From assembly GCA_017528205.1 (NCBI GenBank), contig JAFXPE010000032.1, forward strand, positions 76,375 through 140,374: DNA of 64,000 bases, given 5' to 3'. The translations under genes were made by a program, and so were the position numbers. Shown piece by piece: positions 18,633 to 29,617 of the stretch. The stretch's first letter is position 1. Each line of letters opens with the position of its first letter. The stretch is from Alphaproteobacteria bacterium (GTDB lineage: Bacteria > Pseudomonadota > Alphaproteobacteria > RF32 > CAG-239). The notes under the pieces were generated by a model. That model made no database searches. It was not told the origin of the DNA and saw only the letters and a list, made by a program, of their open reading frames with translations.

Positions 18633-18666
18633 AAAAAAGCTCCTTCGTTTGAAGGAGCTTTTTTTT
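18633..18666. terminator. Bidirectional intrinsic terminator
   Basis: A6-GCTCCTTC-GTTT-GAAGGAGC-T8. Confidence 0.9.
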
Positions 18667-18716
18667 GGGATTATATAACAAAAATATTTTAGGGTATATT
18701 TTATTTTGGAGATAAA

Positions 18717-21700
18717 CTAAAATTTGTATTTAACATTCAGCATATAATACGGCTCGTGCTTTTCTTCCAACGGAAGGTTGGCCGACGCGTCGAGCGTAAA
18801 TTGCTGATAGTCGTATTGTGCTTTCAAGCCGATTAAACCGAAATCGCGCTTTAAGCGATTGCTGATAATATCATAATAACCCACCATATCACCCACCGTA
18901 GCCCGGTTTTTGTATTTTTTACCGAACTCGTGGAAATACTTGGCATTAACCGCCAAACCAAGAGCTGATTTGCTGTTAATTTCAAATCTTTTTCTGGCGG
19001 TTATGCCGAGAACAGATTGCGCCGATAATACGTTTTTATCTTTAATCTTAAGTCCGTTGGCGCTTTCTTCTATGTCATCCATATACATTCCCGTAAGATT
19101 AAACTCGGCGTCAGGCTCGATTTCCAACAAATTCAAATCGATATTTTGCCGAATAATGTTATCAAGCCCGTAGTAGTATTCTTTAGTTGTTGCTTTATGA
19201 GTATTATCCACGGCAACACGACGATAATGTCCGTGCGCAAATCCGGCTTTCGGTTTTGTCATAAATGCCAGATTGTTTTTATGGAAAATAATCGGGGCAA
19301 AAATTTCCGCCATATTGTTATATCTTGTCGACTTGTCGTCAAAATCGCTGTCCAGACGGGAAATCTGTACACCCAATCCCATTCTTAATCCGCCGGCAAC
19401 CTCTTTGTCGCCAAAGCCGTGAACGGCTACGACTTTATCTTTATAACCGCTGGTTTGTCCCTTTGCTTTTACATTATTTTTATAAACAAGCGTGTTAACT
19501 GCATATCTTGTCGGCTCGCCGTTGATATTGAGCAACTCGTCATTTACGCTGGCCGATATCGTTTTTTCAACGTCCAAACTTTGCTTGGCCAAATTAGGCA
19601 ACATACTGAAACCGAGCTGTTTGTTTAAATAATCGTCAAACTGTTCCTGAGTTTGAGCCGTTTTTAAGGTGTCGAAAATTTCTTCGCCGTGCTGTTCTTC
19701 ATAGTTTTGTTCCAAAAATTCGGAAATATCGTCATCTTCAACCACCTCATCAAATGCCTTCATGGTCATAACTACATCGGTATTGCCGCTTTCGGTATTT
19801 TCTTGAGTATCGGCATCAAACATATAAGATTCGGAAACCACTTCAATGCCTTTGTTTTCACCGACAAATGAATTTTCATTAACATAGGTTGTTTCAAATC
19901 CGCCTTCAACGATGCTGGTGTCGGCGCTGATTTGACCGCTGAAAGATTCGGCTTCATAAGAACCGCCATCACCGATGGAAACTTGCGCTTTGTTTTCATC
20001 ATCGGCAGAACCGAAGTTGACCGCTCCTGCGGTTTGGATTGAGCCCAAATTCAAAATTTTAACGTTTCCGAGTAATTCCTCGCTGTCGGTTCCGATAAGC
20101 GAAGAATCGTCATTTTCATCAACGGATGCAATTGTAATTCTTCGTGTTCCCAAACTGCGCGACCTTGTTTCCGGAATAACGCAAATTGAGCCGTTACATT
20201 CGATTTTTGTTCCGGAATCGAGGTCAGGAACGTTAACTTGGTCTCCTGCCGGAGTGTAGCTGTCGTCTTCGTTTTTCACAAAGTGATAGTTTTTATAAAT
20301 ATAAATACCATATCCGTCGGTAACCCGAATAACGCCGGTATTGGTAACCGAAACCGGAGTATTTGGATCCGGAACATAAATATGAATACCGTCACCTTCG
20401 CCCGAAATAGAGATTAAACCTGAATTGGTTACGCTTGTCGGACCGCGGTTGTAAATACCGTGACCGTCGCCGGTAACCAAAATCGAACCGGAGTTTGTAA
20501 CATTTAATTGGCCGGTGTTGTTTTGAATGGCCGTACCGCTACTTCTGATGGTTCCTTCATTAACCACCGTCAACGGGCCGATATTGAATTTGTAAATAGC
20601 TTTACCGTTGTCGTTTCGAATTATACTGTCTTTAGTCAGGTTTCTCACCGAATCAACATTGTAAATAGCGGCATTTCCCGTGGTATTTCCTCTGATTGAG
20701 CCGGAGTTTGTCAAAGAAACGGCATTTTGCACGGCAATTCCGGAAACATTGATAATACCGGTTTGTGTGTTTGTAACCGTTCCGATGGTGGTTATGCCTC
20801 GTCCGTTTGCAACACTTATCGTACCGTCATTGGTTACATTTCCGAGAGCAATAATGGCATCGCCATTGGCAACATTGATGTTTCCGTTTTCAACTATATC
20901 TACGGTTGTGGCTTGATTAATAGCCGTTCCGGTGCCGGCAATATTTATGTTTTTGGCAATTACCGAAGTGTGATTGTTGCCCTCAATTCCCATACCGTTG
21001 CCGTAAAGGGTGATACTACCGTAGTTTTTAACCGAACCTTGTTCAACGTAAACGCCGTAATTTCCCGAACCGCCAGGAACCGAACCCGAACCGATAATAA
21101 TGCTTCCGTTGCCGATTTCTACCGCACCGGTACCATTGGTGATATAAATACCGGCAGAATTTGACGCCGAAGGCAACTCTATGCCGCCGTCGGAAAGCGA
21201 AACCGAAACATTGGCTTTGTCGGAATAAATACCGCGAGCTCCGGATTCGGAAACATAAATTATTCCGTTAAGATTGGTAATAGAAGGAACAGAATTGGCA
21301 TAAATACCGTAACTGTCTGATGCATATATACTGATATTGGCGGAATTTTCAATTTTTGTTGCTCCGGTGGCATGGATACCGTAAGCAAAATTCGCCAAAC
21401 TGCCTCTCTTGCCGATAGTTATTATACCTTTACTGTTGTTGCTGATTACGGCTCCCGTTCCGGTTGAACGAATACCGTAAGAGTTTATGGCTTTATCTAA
21501 TGTGATAGAGGCATTATTGTTTATTTTGGTGGCACCGGCGGAATAAATACCGGTGGAATTATCACCTGAAATATTAATGACACCGCCATTGTTTATGGTG
21601 CCGGAATTTTCTGTATAAATACCGGTACTTGAAGATGCGAGTATACTGATTTGTCCGCTGTTATCGATTTGTGAGGCTTTTTCTGTATAAATGCCGTAAG

Positions 21701-24700
21701 CACCGTTAGCCGGAGTTTCCAAGGCTCCGATGCTTATGGTTGCCTGATTGTCAACATTGGAAGTTCCGGTGGTATAAATACCATAGCTTCCATCGGCAAC
21801 CGGAATGTTAATTATACCTTTATTCAAAACCGAAGAACTGCCGTCGGCAGAAATACCTTTGTTGTTCGAACCTTTAAGCAAGGACAACGTAGCGTTGTTT
21901 GTCACATAATCATGTCCGACAATTGCCGTACTGCCTTCGCCGAAAATGGTTATAACGGATGAATTGGTTATTTTGTTGGAATTAGGAGCATAAATACCAT
22001 TAACATTTGAAGCTAAAGTTATATCTCCGCTTCCCAAAATAATCGAATTGCCTTCCGAGCTGGAAATCGTGGTCGCGCCGTTGGTGTAAATGCCCGAACT
22101 TGAGGCTGCGTGCGGTATGGTAATTGAAGCGGAGTTAGTAATGCCGCGGTTATCCTCCGAAGCAAAAATACCTATACTTTCATCACCCGAAACATAAATC
22201 TCGCCGCTGTTATCAACTTCAATGCCGCCGGAAATACCGCTTGACGACTTGGCGTAAACATAAATATCCTGCTGATTGAGAATGTAATTTGAGTTCAAGC
22301 CGTAAATACCGTAAGCATCTGTCGCGGAAATATCTTCACAATTGCAACCGATGGTAATGCTTCTGGTTTCTCCGGTATTTTTTATGTTGGCCTGGCCGGA
22401 AGAATAAATACCCGCGCTGCCGTTGGCGTTGTTAACCTTTATGTCGTTGCTATTGGTAATCGAAGTATTGTTGGTATTGCCGTAGATGCCGTTGCTGTTG
22501 CGGCCGTGAACATAAATACGTCCGCTATTGCTTATCACTTCGCCGCCGGATATTCCGTTGGATGAACTTGCATAAACAAAGATGTTGGCGTCATTGGCAA
22601 TACTTAAAGCATTCGGGGCATAAATTCCGTTGGCTTGGCTGGCATCAGCCTCTTCCGAACCCATATAGATAAAGCCGTTTTCGCTGTGATTGATAATCGA
22701 GGTTTGTCCGGCAGAAGCAATACCGCTACTACCTTGTGCGATGTCAATGGATATATGTGCGGCGTTTTCTATTGATGTATTTATCGAAGAACCGTAAATA
22801 CCGACACTGCTACCGCCGGTAACTGAAATATCTCCGGTATTTTTAATGGATTTTCCGCCATAAATTCCGCCGGCCGATCTGGAAAAAACCACAATTTTTG
22901 AATTATTGATAATGCTGTTTGCGTCTTGCGCGTGAATGCCGTATGCACCGTAACCGATGCTTCTTACCGTACCGACGTTGATTCTGCCGTTGCCCGAGTT
23001 GTTAATATCGACTGCTCCGCGGGAATAAATGCCGTAAGTGTTATTTCCGCTCAGCAAAATAAGAGAACCGTTGTTGCTGATGGTTTGACTTGTCTCGGTG
23101 TCGGTAAGATTGGTTTCAATCGCTTTACTGCTTTCGTCACCCATTTGGATTGTGCCGTTGTTGGTAACCTCATATACACCGCCGCCGTAAATACCGACGC
23201 TGTCTCTGGCGAAAACTTTAATGGTTCCGGAGTTTTCTATTCCGCTGTTTTCAACCTCATCGCTGCTTTCATCGGCATAAATTCCGTAGCCGTTTTCGCT
23301 GTAAACCAAAATTTCGCCGTAGTTGTTCACGGTGCCGATTTTTGATGAAACAACGCCGCTGTTATACAGATTATTGGTGTTTTCATCACCCACAATAATG
23401 GAGCCGTTGTTGTTTAAGCTCAAAACGCTGTCAACACTACCGCCGCGAACGGCTGTGACGCTGTTGCCGATGGCACTTATTAAAGTGTTGTTATAAACAT
23501 TAACGTTTCCGGTTACCATTATAACATCGGTATAATCATTATAAGAATAAATCAGACCGTTATCCGTATCGTTGATAAAGGTGGATTTTCCGCCGAGTGT
23601 AACGGCGTGACTACCGCCGCCGTTATATAAATTGATAGTGCCTCGGTTGATTATCGTGCCTACGGCATCTGCGGTGGCAATAATGGCGTTGGCACCGCTC
23701 ACCGGATTTTCTTCCGAACCGACATTGATAACCACGTCGGTATCGTTTAACATATTGGCTTCAAAAGAAATTTCAGCGGCAACTCCCCCGTCTTTGAGAA
23801 TGTTTATCGGTTTCTTATTGATAAATCTTCCGTATGCCGCATAAACCGCCGTACCCTTTTCGCGCTGAAGATTTATTAAACCCTCGTTGACAATTTCCGC
23901 ATTGCCGCTCGAATAAATGGCGTAAGCATAATCATCATTATAAAGATTGATGGTGCCTTTATTGCTGATAGAACCGCTGCCGGTATTATAAATCGCATAG
24001 CTGTCTTTAACATCATTATCTTCGGTGCCGACATTGATTATGGCTCCGATGCCGTTAACAATATCGGAGGTTCCTTCATTAAAAATACCGTAAGAGTTGT
24101 CGCCGTAAACATTAATCAAACTCGAATTGATGATTTTGGAAGCACTGCTGGAATAAATTGCCGCGCCGGCAACTTTTGTATACAGGTCGATTTTGCCTTT
24201 GTTGGTTATTGTGGCGTCAATAAGAGCGTTTCTTACGGTTTTTCTGCCAACGTATATACCGTAACTGTTTTCTGCCGGAGAACTCTTGCTCCCCACGGTA
24301 ATTACGGAGTTTTTCTCATTGGTGATTTCCGGAAAATACAGATAGTCCGTATCGGATTCGCTGCTGTCATTCTTGCCCACATGAATAGCGGTGCTGTTAC
24401 TGTCTTTTATGTTGATTTTGCCGTAATTGTGAATGTTGCTGTAATCGGAAGCGTAAATACCGAGCGAGTATTCTTCGGCCGTTTCAATGGTGCCTTTGTT
24501 GATAACATCAGAGTTTTTCAACGATTCGCTGACCATAGCCGCCGAAAAGCGTGAGCTGGTTTTGATGGTTCCGTGGTTGAAGATTCCGGCATTGTTCAAG
24601 GCATATTCGTCCATATACAAACCGATGCTGTTGGTTGCATTTTGAGTTTTTCGGTCTTTTATTTCGATTACGCCGTAGTTATAAGCCTTAGCCTGCGTGC

Positions 24701-27089
24701 TTTCCGCATTGTCATTCTTTTCAACCGTCATAGCCGCCACAAAAGACGAGCCGTTCATATTTATAACTGCATTTTTGTTGTTATAAATACCCTCGGTTGA
24801 AGATGATGAAAAATCAACTTTGTCGGTTTTTATGGAACGTGCTTTGGTGCTGATTATGGAAGTGCCGAAAGAAACGCTGTAATTGGCAAACGGATTGAAT
24901 TTTACGCCGTTATAAGACGGATTATCCTGTTTGCTTGAAGTGGCGTCATAGTTAATGGTGTTATCGTTGTAAATTCGACTGTATGCACCACCGAAAACAT
25001 AGGAATCCATTGCACTTTCGTGAATGTTTATAATACCGTCGTTGATAATATCGGTGCCGCCGGCATAGTCATTTTGCATCGCGATGGATTTGTGGGTGTA
25101 AATATCAATGGTTCCGGTATTTTTCAAATCGGTTTTTTGGGTGTCGCCAAAGCCGTACATGGCGATATTGTCATAAAATCTGGTTTCTTCCGAGCCGAGG
25201 GTAATATTTCCGCTGTTATGTACGGTACCGCCCACAAAAGAGGCCATACCGAAGCTGTTGCTGAGCAAAATGTGAATATTTCCGCTGTTATCGACATTCG
25301 GTTTCATTTCGGTATAAAGGCTGGAATTTGCTCCCGAACCTTCTACCGCCAACATTCCGTAATTAACGCGCTTATTTTCGGTCGGAGTAGCAATTTTAAT
25401 AGTTCCGCTGTTGATTATGTCTCCGCCGTGCAACGATTGCATTCCGGCGGCAACATCAATGCCTTCATCTTGAAATTCATCGTGCAAAACAATGTTTATG
25501 CTTCCGCTGTTTTGTGCGGTTGTATTGGCATCCGAGCGAATGCCGACGATTCCGCCCAAACCTTTACGCAAAGCGGTGCTTGAGGTTGCAGTGTAGTTTC
25601 CGGTATAGCTCAGATTGATGGTGCCTTCGTTTTTCAATTCCACATTTTCGGCGCGGCTGACAATATGCGAACCGTTCAAAAAGGCATTATCCAAAAAGCT
25701 TCCCATGCCGACAAGGCTTAATTTTATCTGACCTTGGCCGTCACCGTTGTCGCCGGCCGTCAAATTGATAATACCTTCCTTGCCATTCAGCACATGGATA
25801 ACATCTTTATTGAGTGTGGTGCCGACATTTAAAATCATAGCTTCCATACCGATAATGGTACCGGTATTGGCGGTAGATTGAGTGCTTTCGGAGCTCTCGT
25901 CGGTTGCTCCCATATTGCCGTCGGATAATACGGATTCCGTGCCGCCGCTGCTCGAGCTGGTGTTCTGCGAACTTTCCGAAGCCTGAATGGCGGTTCCCTG
26001 AATATCGCCGTGATTCTCAATGGTTGACTTGGTATCGGCATACATACCGACAATGGTGTCGTTTTCCGCATATCCCGAAAAATTCAAACTGATACCGTTG
26101 GAATTTGTGCTGATACCATCATCTGTTTCGATATTTTCCGAACTCGCCTTTTTGTAAATTCCCTTGCCATAGTTGTAAGCGGTTGAGCCTTCGCTGGCCA
26201 CCATGCCCACGCTGGCGTTGTAACTGTCTACTTTGATATAGCCGTTATTGGTAACTGAGCTCTTTTTAACAGCGGTCATCGCGGCCGTACCGAGACCGGT
26301 GTCAAGCAAGGTATCGGCGGCATTAATATAAGAACCGCCGTCTTGCGCATATAAAATGGCATTCATATATTGGGTATTGCTCAAAGCTTTTTTGCGCAAA
26401 TCGATATCTTTTATTTTTTCGACATTGTCGTTGCTAAGGCGCAAAAGTTTAGTGTTTTCGGCGTTTCCGGAAGTTTTTTGCAAAGCTTTGCCTTTGGTGG
26501 CAATATTGGCACCCAAACTGAAATAATCTTCCTTATCATCAGGATCTACCGGAGTATCTCCTCCGCCACCGTTGTCGTCTTTTTTGCCACCGTGTTTATG
26601 TTTTAGCAAGAAATAGAGCGCCACGCCGCCGGCAACTGCCGCACCGCCTACCCACCACCAAACTTTTGGCGAAACCCGATATTTTTCTTTATCGCCCATT
26701 GCGGCATAGGCCGTACGAGAGGTGTCGTTCATACCGACAACATCGCTTCTTTCCAAAAAGTCGGCATAACCGGAAATATTTTGCGTGCATGGATGCCGAG
26801 GGTTAGCTCCCGCAGCGCGAAAAGAGTTATAAGTGTATACATCACGCCGTTTGGCGGCAATGCAAAGGCCGGTATCGCCGTTTGAGTCCATCACGTCAAT
26901 GTTCATTCCGCGATGAACTGCGGCGCGCAAAGCTTCAACCTCGCCGTCTTCCGCCTGACTGTACATTTCGCTGAAAGACAGCGGCACCAAACGAGTTTGC
27001 GCCGAAGAAGGCCTTGGCATAATAGCAAAGGCAAAGGCGTAAAGGGTGGTTAAACATACAGTTTTTGTAAATAGTGCGTTTTTAAACAC
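18717..27089 (-). CDS. Giant autotransporter-like adhesin (2790 aa) with N-terminal ankyrin-like region
   Basis: Signal peptide; NIDVMDSNGDTGLCIAAK ankyrin-like motif; many N-x-G-x-I...GIY beta-helix repeats; C-terminal beta-barrel ending in YKF. Confidence 0.8.
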   Translation of the reverse strand: MFKNALFTKTVCLTTLYAFAFAIMPRPSSAQTRLVPLSFSEMYSQAEDGEVEALRAAVHRGMNIDVMDSNGDTGLCIAAKRRDVYTYNSFRAAGANPRHPCTQNISGYADFLERSDVVGMNDTSRTAYAAMGDKEKYRVSPKVWWWVGGAAVAGGVALYFLLKHKHGGKKDDNGGGGDTPVDPDDKEDYFSLGANIATKGKALQKTSGNAENTKLLRLSNDNVEKIKDIDLRKKALSNTQYMNAILYAQDGGSYINAADTLLDTGLGTAAMTAVKKSSVTNNGYIKVDSYNASVGMVASEGSTAYNYGKGIYKKASSENIETDDGISTNSNGISLNFSGYAENDTIVGMYADTKSTIENHGDIQGTAIQASESSQNTSSSSGGTESVLSDGNMGATDESSESTQSTANTGTIIGMEAMILNVGTTLNKDVIHVLNGKEGIINLTAGDNGDGQGQIKLSLVGMGSFLDNAFLNGSHIVSRAENVELKNEGTINLSYTGNYTATSSTALRKGLGGIVGIRSDANTTAQNSGSINIVLHDEFQDEGIDVAAGMQSLHGGDIINSGTIKIATPTENKRVNYGMLAVEGSGANSSLYTEMKPNVDNSGNIHILLSNSFGMASFVGGTVHNSGNITLGSEETRFYDNIAMYGFGDTQKTDLKNTGTIDIYTHKSIAMQNDYAGGTDIINDGIINIHESAMDSYVFGGAYSRIYNDNTINYDATSSKQDNPSYNGVKFNPFANYSVSFGTSIISTKARSIKTDKVDFSSSSTEGIYNNKNAVINMNGSSFVAAMTVEKNDNAESTQAKAYNYGVIEIKDRKTQNATNSIGLYMDEYALNNAGIFNHGTIKTSSRFSAAMVSESLKNSDVINKGTIETAEEYSLGIYASDYSNIHNYGKINIKDSNSTAIHVGKNDSSESDTDYLYFPEITNEKNSVITVGSKSSPAENSYGIYVGRKTVRNALIDATITNKGKIDLYTKVAGAAIYSSSASKIINSSLINVYGDNSYGIFNEGTSDIVNGIGAIINVGTEDNDVKDSYAIYNTGSGSISNKGTINLYNDDYAYAIYSSGNAEIVNEGLINLQREKGTAVYAAYGRFINKKPINILKDGGVAAEISFEANMLNDTDVVINVGSEENPVSGANAIIATADAVGTIINRGTINLYNGGGSHAVTLGGKSTFINDTDNGLIYSYNDYTDVIMVTGNVNVYNNTLISAIGNSVTAVRGGSVDSVLSLNNNGSIIVGDENTNNLYNSGVVSSKIGTVNNYGEILVYSENGYGIYADESSDEVENSGIENSGTIKVFARDSVGIYGGGVYEVTNNGTIQMGDESSKAIETNLTDTETSQTISNNGSLILLSGNNTYGIYSRGAVDINNSGNGRINVGTVRSIGYGAYGIHAQDANSIINNSKIVVFSRSAGGIYGGKSIKNTGDISVTGGSSVGIYGSSINTSIENAAHISIDIAQGSSGIASAGQTSIINHSENGFIYMGSEEADASQANGIYAPNALSIANDANIFVYASSSNGISGGEVISNSGRIYVHGRNSNGIYGNTNNTSITNSNDIKVNNANGSAGIYSSGQANIKNTGETRSITIGCNCEDISATDAYGIYGLNSNYILNQQDIYVYAKSSSGISGGIEVDNSGEIYVSGDESIGIFASEDNRGITNSASITIPHAASSSGIYTNGATTISSSEGNSIILGSGDITLASNVNGIYAPNSNKITNSSVITIFGEGSTAIVGHDYVTNNATLSLLKGSNNKGISADGSSSVLNKGIINIPVADGSYGIYTTGTSNVDNQATISIGALETPANGAYGIYTEKASQIDNSGQISILASSSTGIYTENSGTINNGGVINISGDNSTGIYSAGATKINNNASITLDKAINSYGIRSTGTGAVISNNSKGIITIGKRGSLANFAYGIHATGATKIENSANISIYASDSYGIYANSVPSITNLNGIIYVSESGARGIYSDKANVSVSLSDGGIELPSASNSAGIYITNGTGAVEIGNGSIIIGSGSVPGGSGNYGVYVEQGSVKNYGSITLYGNGMGIEGNNHTSVIAKNINIAGTGTAINQATTVDIVENGNINVANGDAIIALGNVTNDGTISVANGRGITTIGTVTNTQTGIINVSGIAVQNAVSLTNSGSIRGNTTGNAAIYNVDSVRNLTKDSIIRNDNGKAIYKFNIGPLTVVNEGTIRSSGTAIQNNTGQLNVTNSGSILVTGDGHGIYNRGPTSVTNSGLISISGEGDGIHIYVPDPNTPVSVTNTGVIRVTDGYGIYIYKNYHFVKNEDDSYTPAGDQVNVPDLDSGTKIECNGSICVIPETRSRSLGTRRITIASVDENDDSSLIGTDSEELLGNVKILNLGSIQTAGAVNFGSADDENKAQVSIGDGGSYEAESFSGQISADTSIVEGGFETTYVNENSFVGENKGIEVVSESYMFDADTQENTESGNTDVVMTMKAFDEVVEDDDISEFLEQNYEEQHGEEIFDTLKTAQTQEQFDDYLNKQLGFSMLPNLAKQSLDVEKTISASVNDELLNINGEPTRYAVNTLVYKNNVKAKGQTSGYKDKVVAVHGFGDKEVAGGLRMGLGVQISRLDSDFDDKSTRYNNMAEIFAPIIFHKNNLAFMTKPKAGFAHGHYRRVAVDNTHKATTKEYYYGLDNIIRQNIDLNLLEIEPDAEFNLTGMYMDDIEESANGLKIKDKNVLSAQSVLGITARKRFEINSKSALGLAVNAKYFHEFGKKYKNRATVGDMVGYYDIISNRLKRDFGLIGLKAQYDYQQFTLDASANLPLEEKHEPYYMLNVKYKF

Positions 27090-27197
27090 GTAAAAACCCT
27101 CTCTTGTAGTACTACAAAAGAAGTATAGGTGTTAAAATTTAAGTTTTGGTAAATAAGCAATAAAAAATCCGCTTTTATTGCAAAGCGGACTTTTCTT

Positions 27198-27689
27198 TTA
27201 GTTGTTTGCCGACTGAATGGCGATTTTTTTGAACTTTTGCTTTTCGTCCGGTGATTTTGGGATTGAAACGGTTAATACCCCGTTGTTATAGTGTGCCGCC
27301 GCATTTTCATAATCCAAATCCCACGGCAAAGGAATAGTTCGCTTAAACGTACCGTAAGTGATTTCCGAAAAATATGCGTCTTTATCCGAAACTTCGCTCA
27401 TATTTTTCTTTTCACCCGAAATCGAGAGATAACCGTCGGCAGAAATTTGCAAATCCAAATCTTTTTCATCAACCCCCGGCAATTCCGCCGTAACCGTAAC
27501 CGAGTCTTTGTTTTCGGCAATTTGCAAGTGTGGCTCCCATTCGTTTCCGGCTTCCGAAGTTGTGTTAGCGCCGTCAAAATAGTTCCAAAAATAATTCATC
27601 AGTCGGTTAAATTCGTTAGAGCGGCTGAGCGGTGTTATATCCGAATTATGCGCTCTACCGCCACAAGAAACAATACTCTTCATTTTCAC
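27198..27689 (-). CDS. Hsp20/alpha-crystallin small heat-shock protein
   Basis: AELPGV, LSISGEK, YGTFKRTIPLP and YNNGVLTVSIPK motifs. Confidence 0.93.
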   Translation of the reverse strand: MKMKSIVSCGGRAHNSDITPLSRSNEFNRLMNYFWNYFDGANTTSEAGNEWEPHLQIAENKDSVTVTAELPGVDEKDLDLQISADGYLSISGEKKNMSEVSDKDAYFSEITYGTFKRTIPLPWDLDYENAAAHYNNGVLTVSIPKSPDEKQKFKKIAIQSANN

Positions 27690-27691
27690 CT

Positions 27692-27826
27692 CTACTTGCT
27701 GACTTTGATTTCGGTTTCTTCCATTTCATACTCGTCGGCGGAACCGTGTTTTGTGCCGCAACCGCAACCGCCGTTTTTATCCGTATTTTTAGTGCATCCC
27801 GAAGATACTTTCTTATTTATTTTCAT
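27692..27826 (-). CDS. 44-aa Cys/Gly-motif peptide (not in ORF track)
   Basis: AAAGGAG RBS, MKINKKVSSGCTKNTDKNGGCGCGTKHGSADEYEMEETEIKVSK*, stop 2 nt before the hsp20 GTG. Confidence 0.6.
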   Translation of the reverse strand: MKINKKVSSGCTKNTDKNGGCGCGTKHGSADEYEMEETEIKVSK

Positions 27827-27939
27827 AACTTTTCTCCTTTGATTGTTATATTAACGTAAAAACATTTGTTTTCACGCCATAAAAAATAAATATGCCGTGC
27901 CAAAATCAAAGATGACTGTTCGGATAATAAAACCAAAAG

Positions 27940-29493
27940 TTACTTTTGTTTGCTTTCGTGATAAGACTTTTCGGTATTAACCTGCCAAATGGCGTCTTTA
28001 TCTTTTGCGGTGCCCAAAATATGTTTAACGGCAACAAAAGAAGTGGCCATGGAATGATCCATATTGTTATAGCGATGCTGACCGTTGCGTCCCACGCAAT
28101 AAAGATTGTCAAACTTTTTCAAAAAGGCGATAAGTTTATCAATATCCTTATAGGTGTCAAAATACGCCGGATAGGCCTTTTTCACACGCTCGACGTGATA
28201 ATCTACAACATTTTCTTCTTTGGAAATGACCTGCATTTTGAGCAATTCGTTAATGCCGAATTTTTGCCATTCTTCGTCACTCATATTCCAATATTTATCG
28301 CCCTCTTTGCAAAAATATTCCAAACCTATCCAAACATTTTGCTCGGGTTTTGCCACCAAATATGGCGACCAGTTGTTAAATATTTGAATTCGTCCAAGTT
28401 TAACGCCGGTATCCTGAACATAAATCCAGCAATCCGGCACAATGTCGTTTAAGGTTTTTAACTTGGTTTTGTTTTTCAAATTCAATTCGTTCAACAACAG
28501 TCCCACCGTCACAAAATCCCGATACGGCAGACCTTCGGCAATATCGGCAATCTCCTGAGGTACGGATTTTAAGCCGGCAATCAGATCTTTGAGTGGCATT
28601 GACGAGATAACGATATCCGCTTCCAAAGTTTTTGTTTTGCCGTTGTTTTTATAAGTTACGGCGGTAATTTTATCGTCTTCAACCTCAAAGCCGACAACTT
28701 TGGCATTTTTAATAATATTTCCGCCCATTTCTTCAATTTTTTCGGCCGCGGTTTCCCATAATTGTCCCGGACCGAATTTCGGATAGCTGAATTCTTCAAT
28801 TAGTGAAGTTTCAACGTGTTTCGGCTTCCACGGCATCAGTTTGGAAAAAATATCTTTGATAATGGCCACAATGGATAGGCCTTTAACTCTTTGCGAGCCC
28901 CAATCGGCGGAAATATCGCGCGGATGCCGTCCCCACAATTTTTCGGTATAGCCTTCAAAAAACATATTATAAAGTTTGCGCCCGAAGCGGTTAATATAAA
29001 AGTTTTCCAGCGAATTTTCCGGCAATTTGCGCACCACCGACCACAAATAGCTGAAGCCGGCGCGCATGGTTGTAAAAATTCCCATATTGAGAATGGTGTT
29101 GAGATTCATCTTTACCGGATAATCAAAAAATTTGTGCTTGTAATAAATTCGCGAAACGCGCCGCCGTCTGAGCATAACTGTATCTTCGGTTTCCGGATTT
29201 GGACCTTTGGGATTGAGCTCGATATCGCGTTGCAACAAAATATCGTCAAACGAAGGTTTGCCTTGCAGCGGCATCAAGTTATTCCACCACTCGGTAACTT
29301 CCTCGTCTTTAGAAAAAAAGCGGTGGCCGCCGATATCCATTCGATTGCCGTTGTGTTGCACCGTGCGCGATATACCACCGATGGCACCGGTTTCTTCCAA
29401 AACGGTAACCTCATAATTTTTCGAATGTTTCAAAAGTTCAAAAGCTGCCGTAATTCCGGCCGGACCTGCACCGATGACGATAACTTTCTTCAT
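27940..29493 (-). CDS. FAD/NAD(P)-dependent oxidoreductase (protoporphyrinogen oxidase/UDP-galactopyranose mutase-like)
   Basis: VIGAGPAG dinucleotide fold, [30 protein letters not shown]. Confidence 0.85.
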   Translation of the reverse strand: MKKVIVIGAGPAGITAAFELLKHSKNYEVTVLEETGAIGGISRTVQHNGNRMDIGGHRFFSKDEEVTEWWNNLMPLQGKPSFDDILLQRDIELNPKGPNPETEDTVMLRRRRVSRIYYKHKFFDYPVKMNLNTILNMGIFTTMRAGFSYLWSVVRKLPENSLENFYINRFGRKLYNMFFEGYTEKLWGRHPRDISADWGSQRVKGLSIVAIIKDIFSKLMPWKPKHVETSLIEEFSYPKFGPGQLWETAAEKIEEMGGNIIKNAKVVGFEVEDDKITAVTYKNNGKTKTLEADIVISSMPLKDLIAGLKSVPQEIADIAEGLPYRDFVTVGLLLNELNLKNKTKLKTLNDIVPDCWIYVQDTGVKLGRIQIFNNWSPYLVAKPEQNVWIGLEYFCKEGDKYWNMSDEEWQKFGINELLKMQVISKEENVVDYHVERVKKAYPAYFDTYKDIDKLIAFLKKFDNLYCVGRNGQHRYNNMDHSMATSFVAVKHILGTAKDKDAIWQVNTEKSYHESKQK

Positions 29494-29617
29494 ATCTGCC
29501 CCCTTTTTTTTGCCATCATAAAGGCTAAACGGTTAAAAAATAATCAATTTTAACAATTTGAATATAAAACTTGCTTTTTGCAAAAAATTTACCTAAGTTT
29601 AGGCAAAGGAGAGCCAG

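Noticed and set aside
20300-24500. DNA tandem-repeat array in the autotransporter
   Set aside because: Repetition is at the degenerate protein-motif level (beta-helix rungs), not exact nucleotide repeats.
27886-27905. sigma54 promoter upstream of the hsp20 unit (minus-strand TGGCACG)
   Set aside because: The -24 box is present but the -12 TTGC element is missing at the required spacing.
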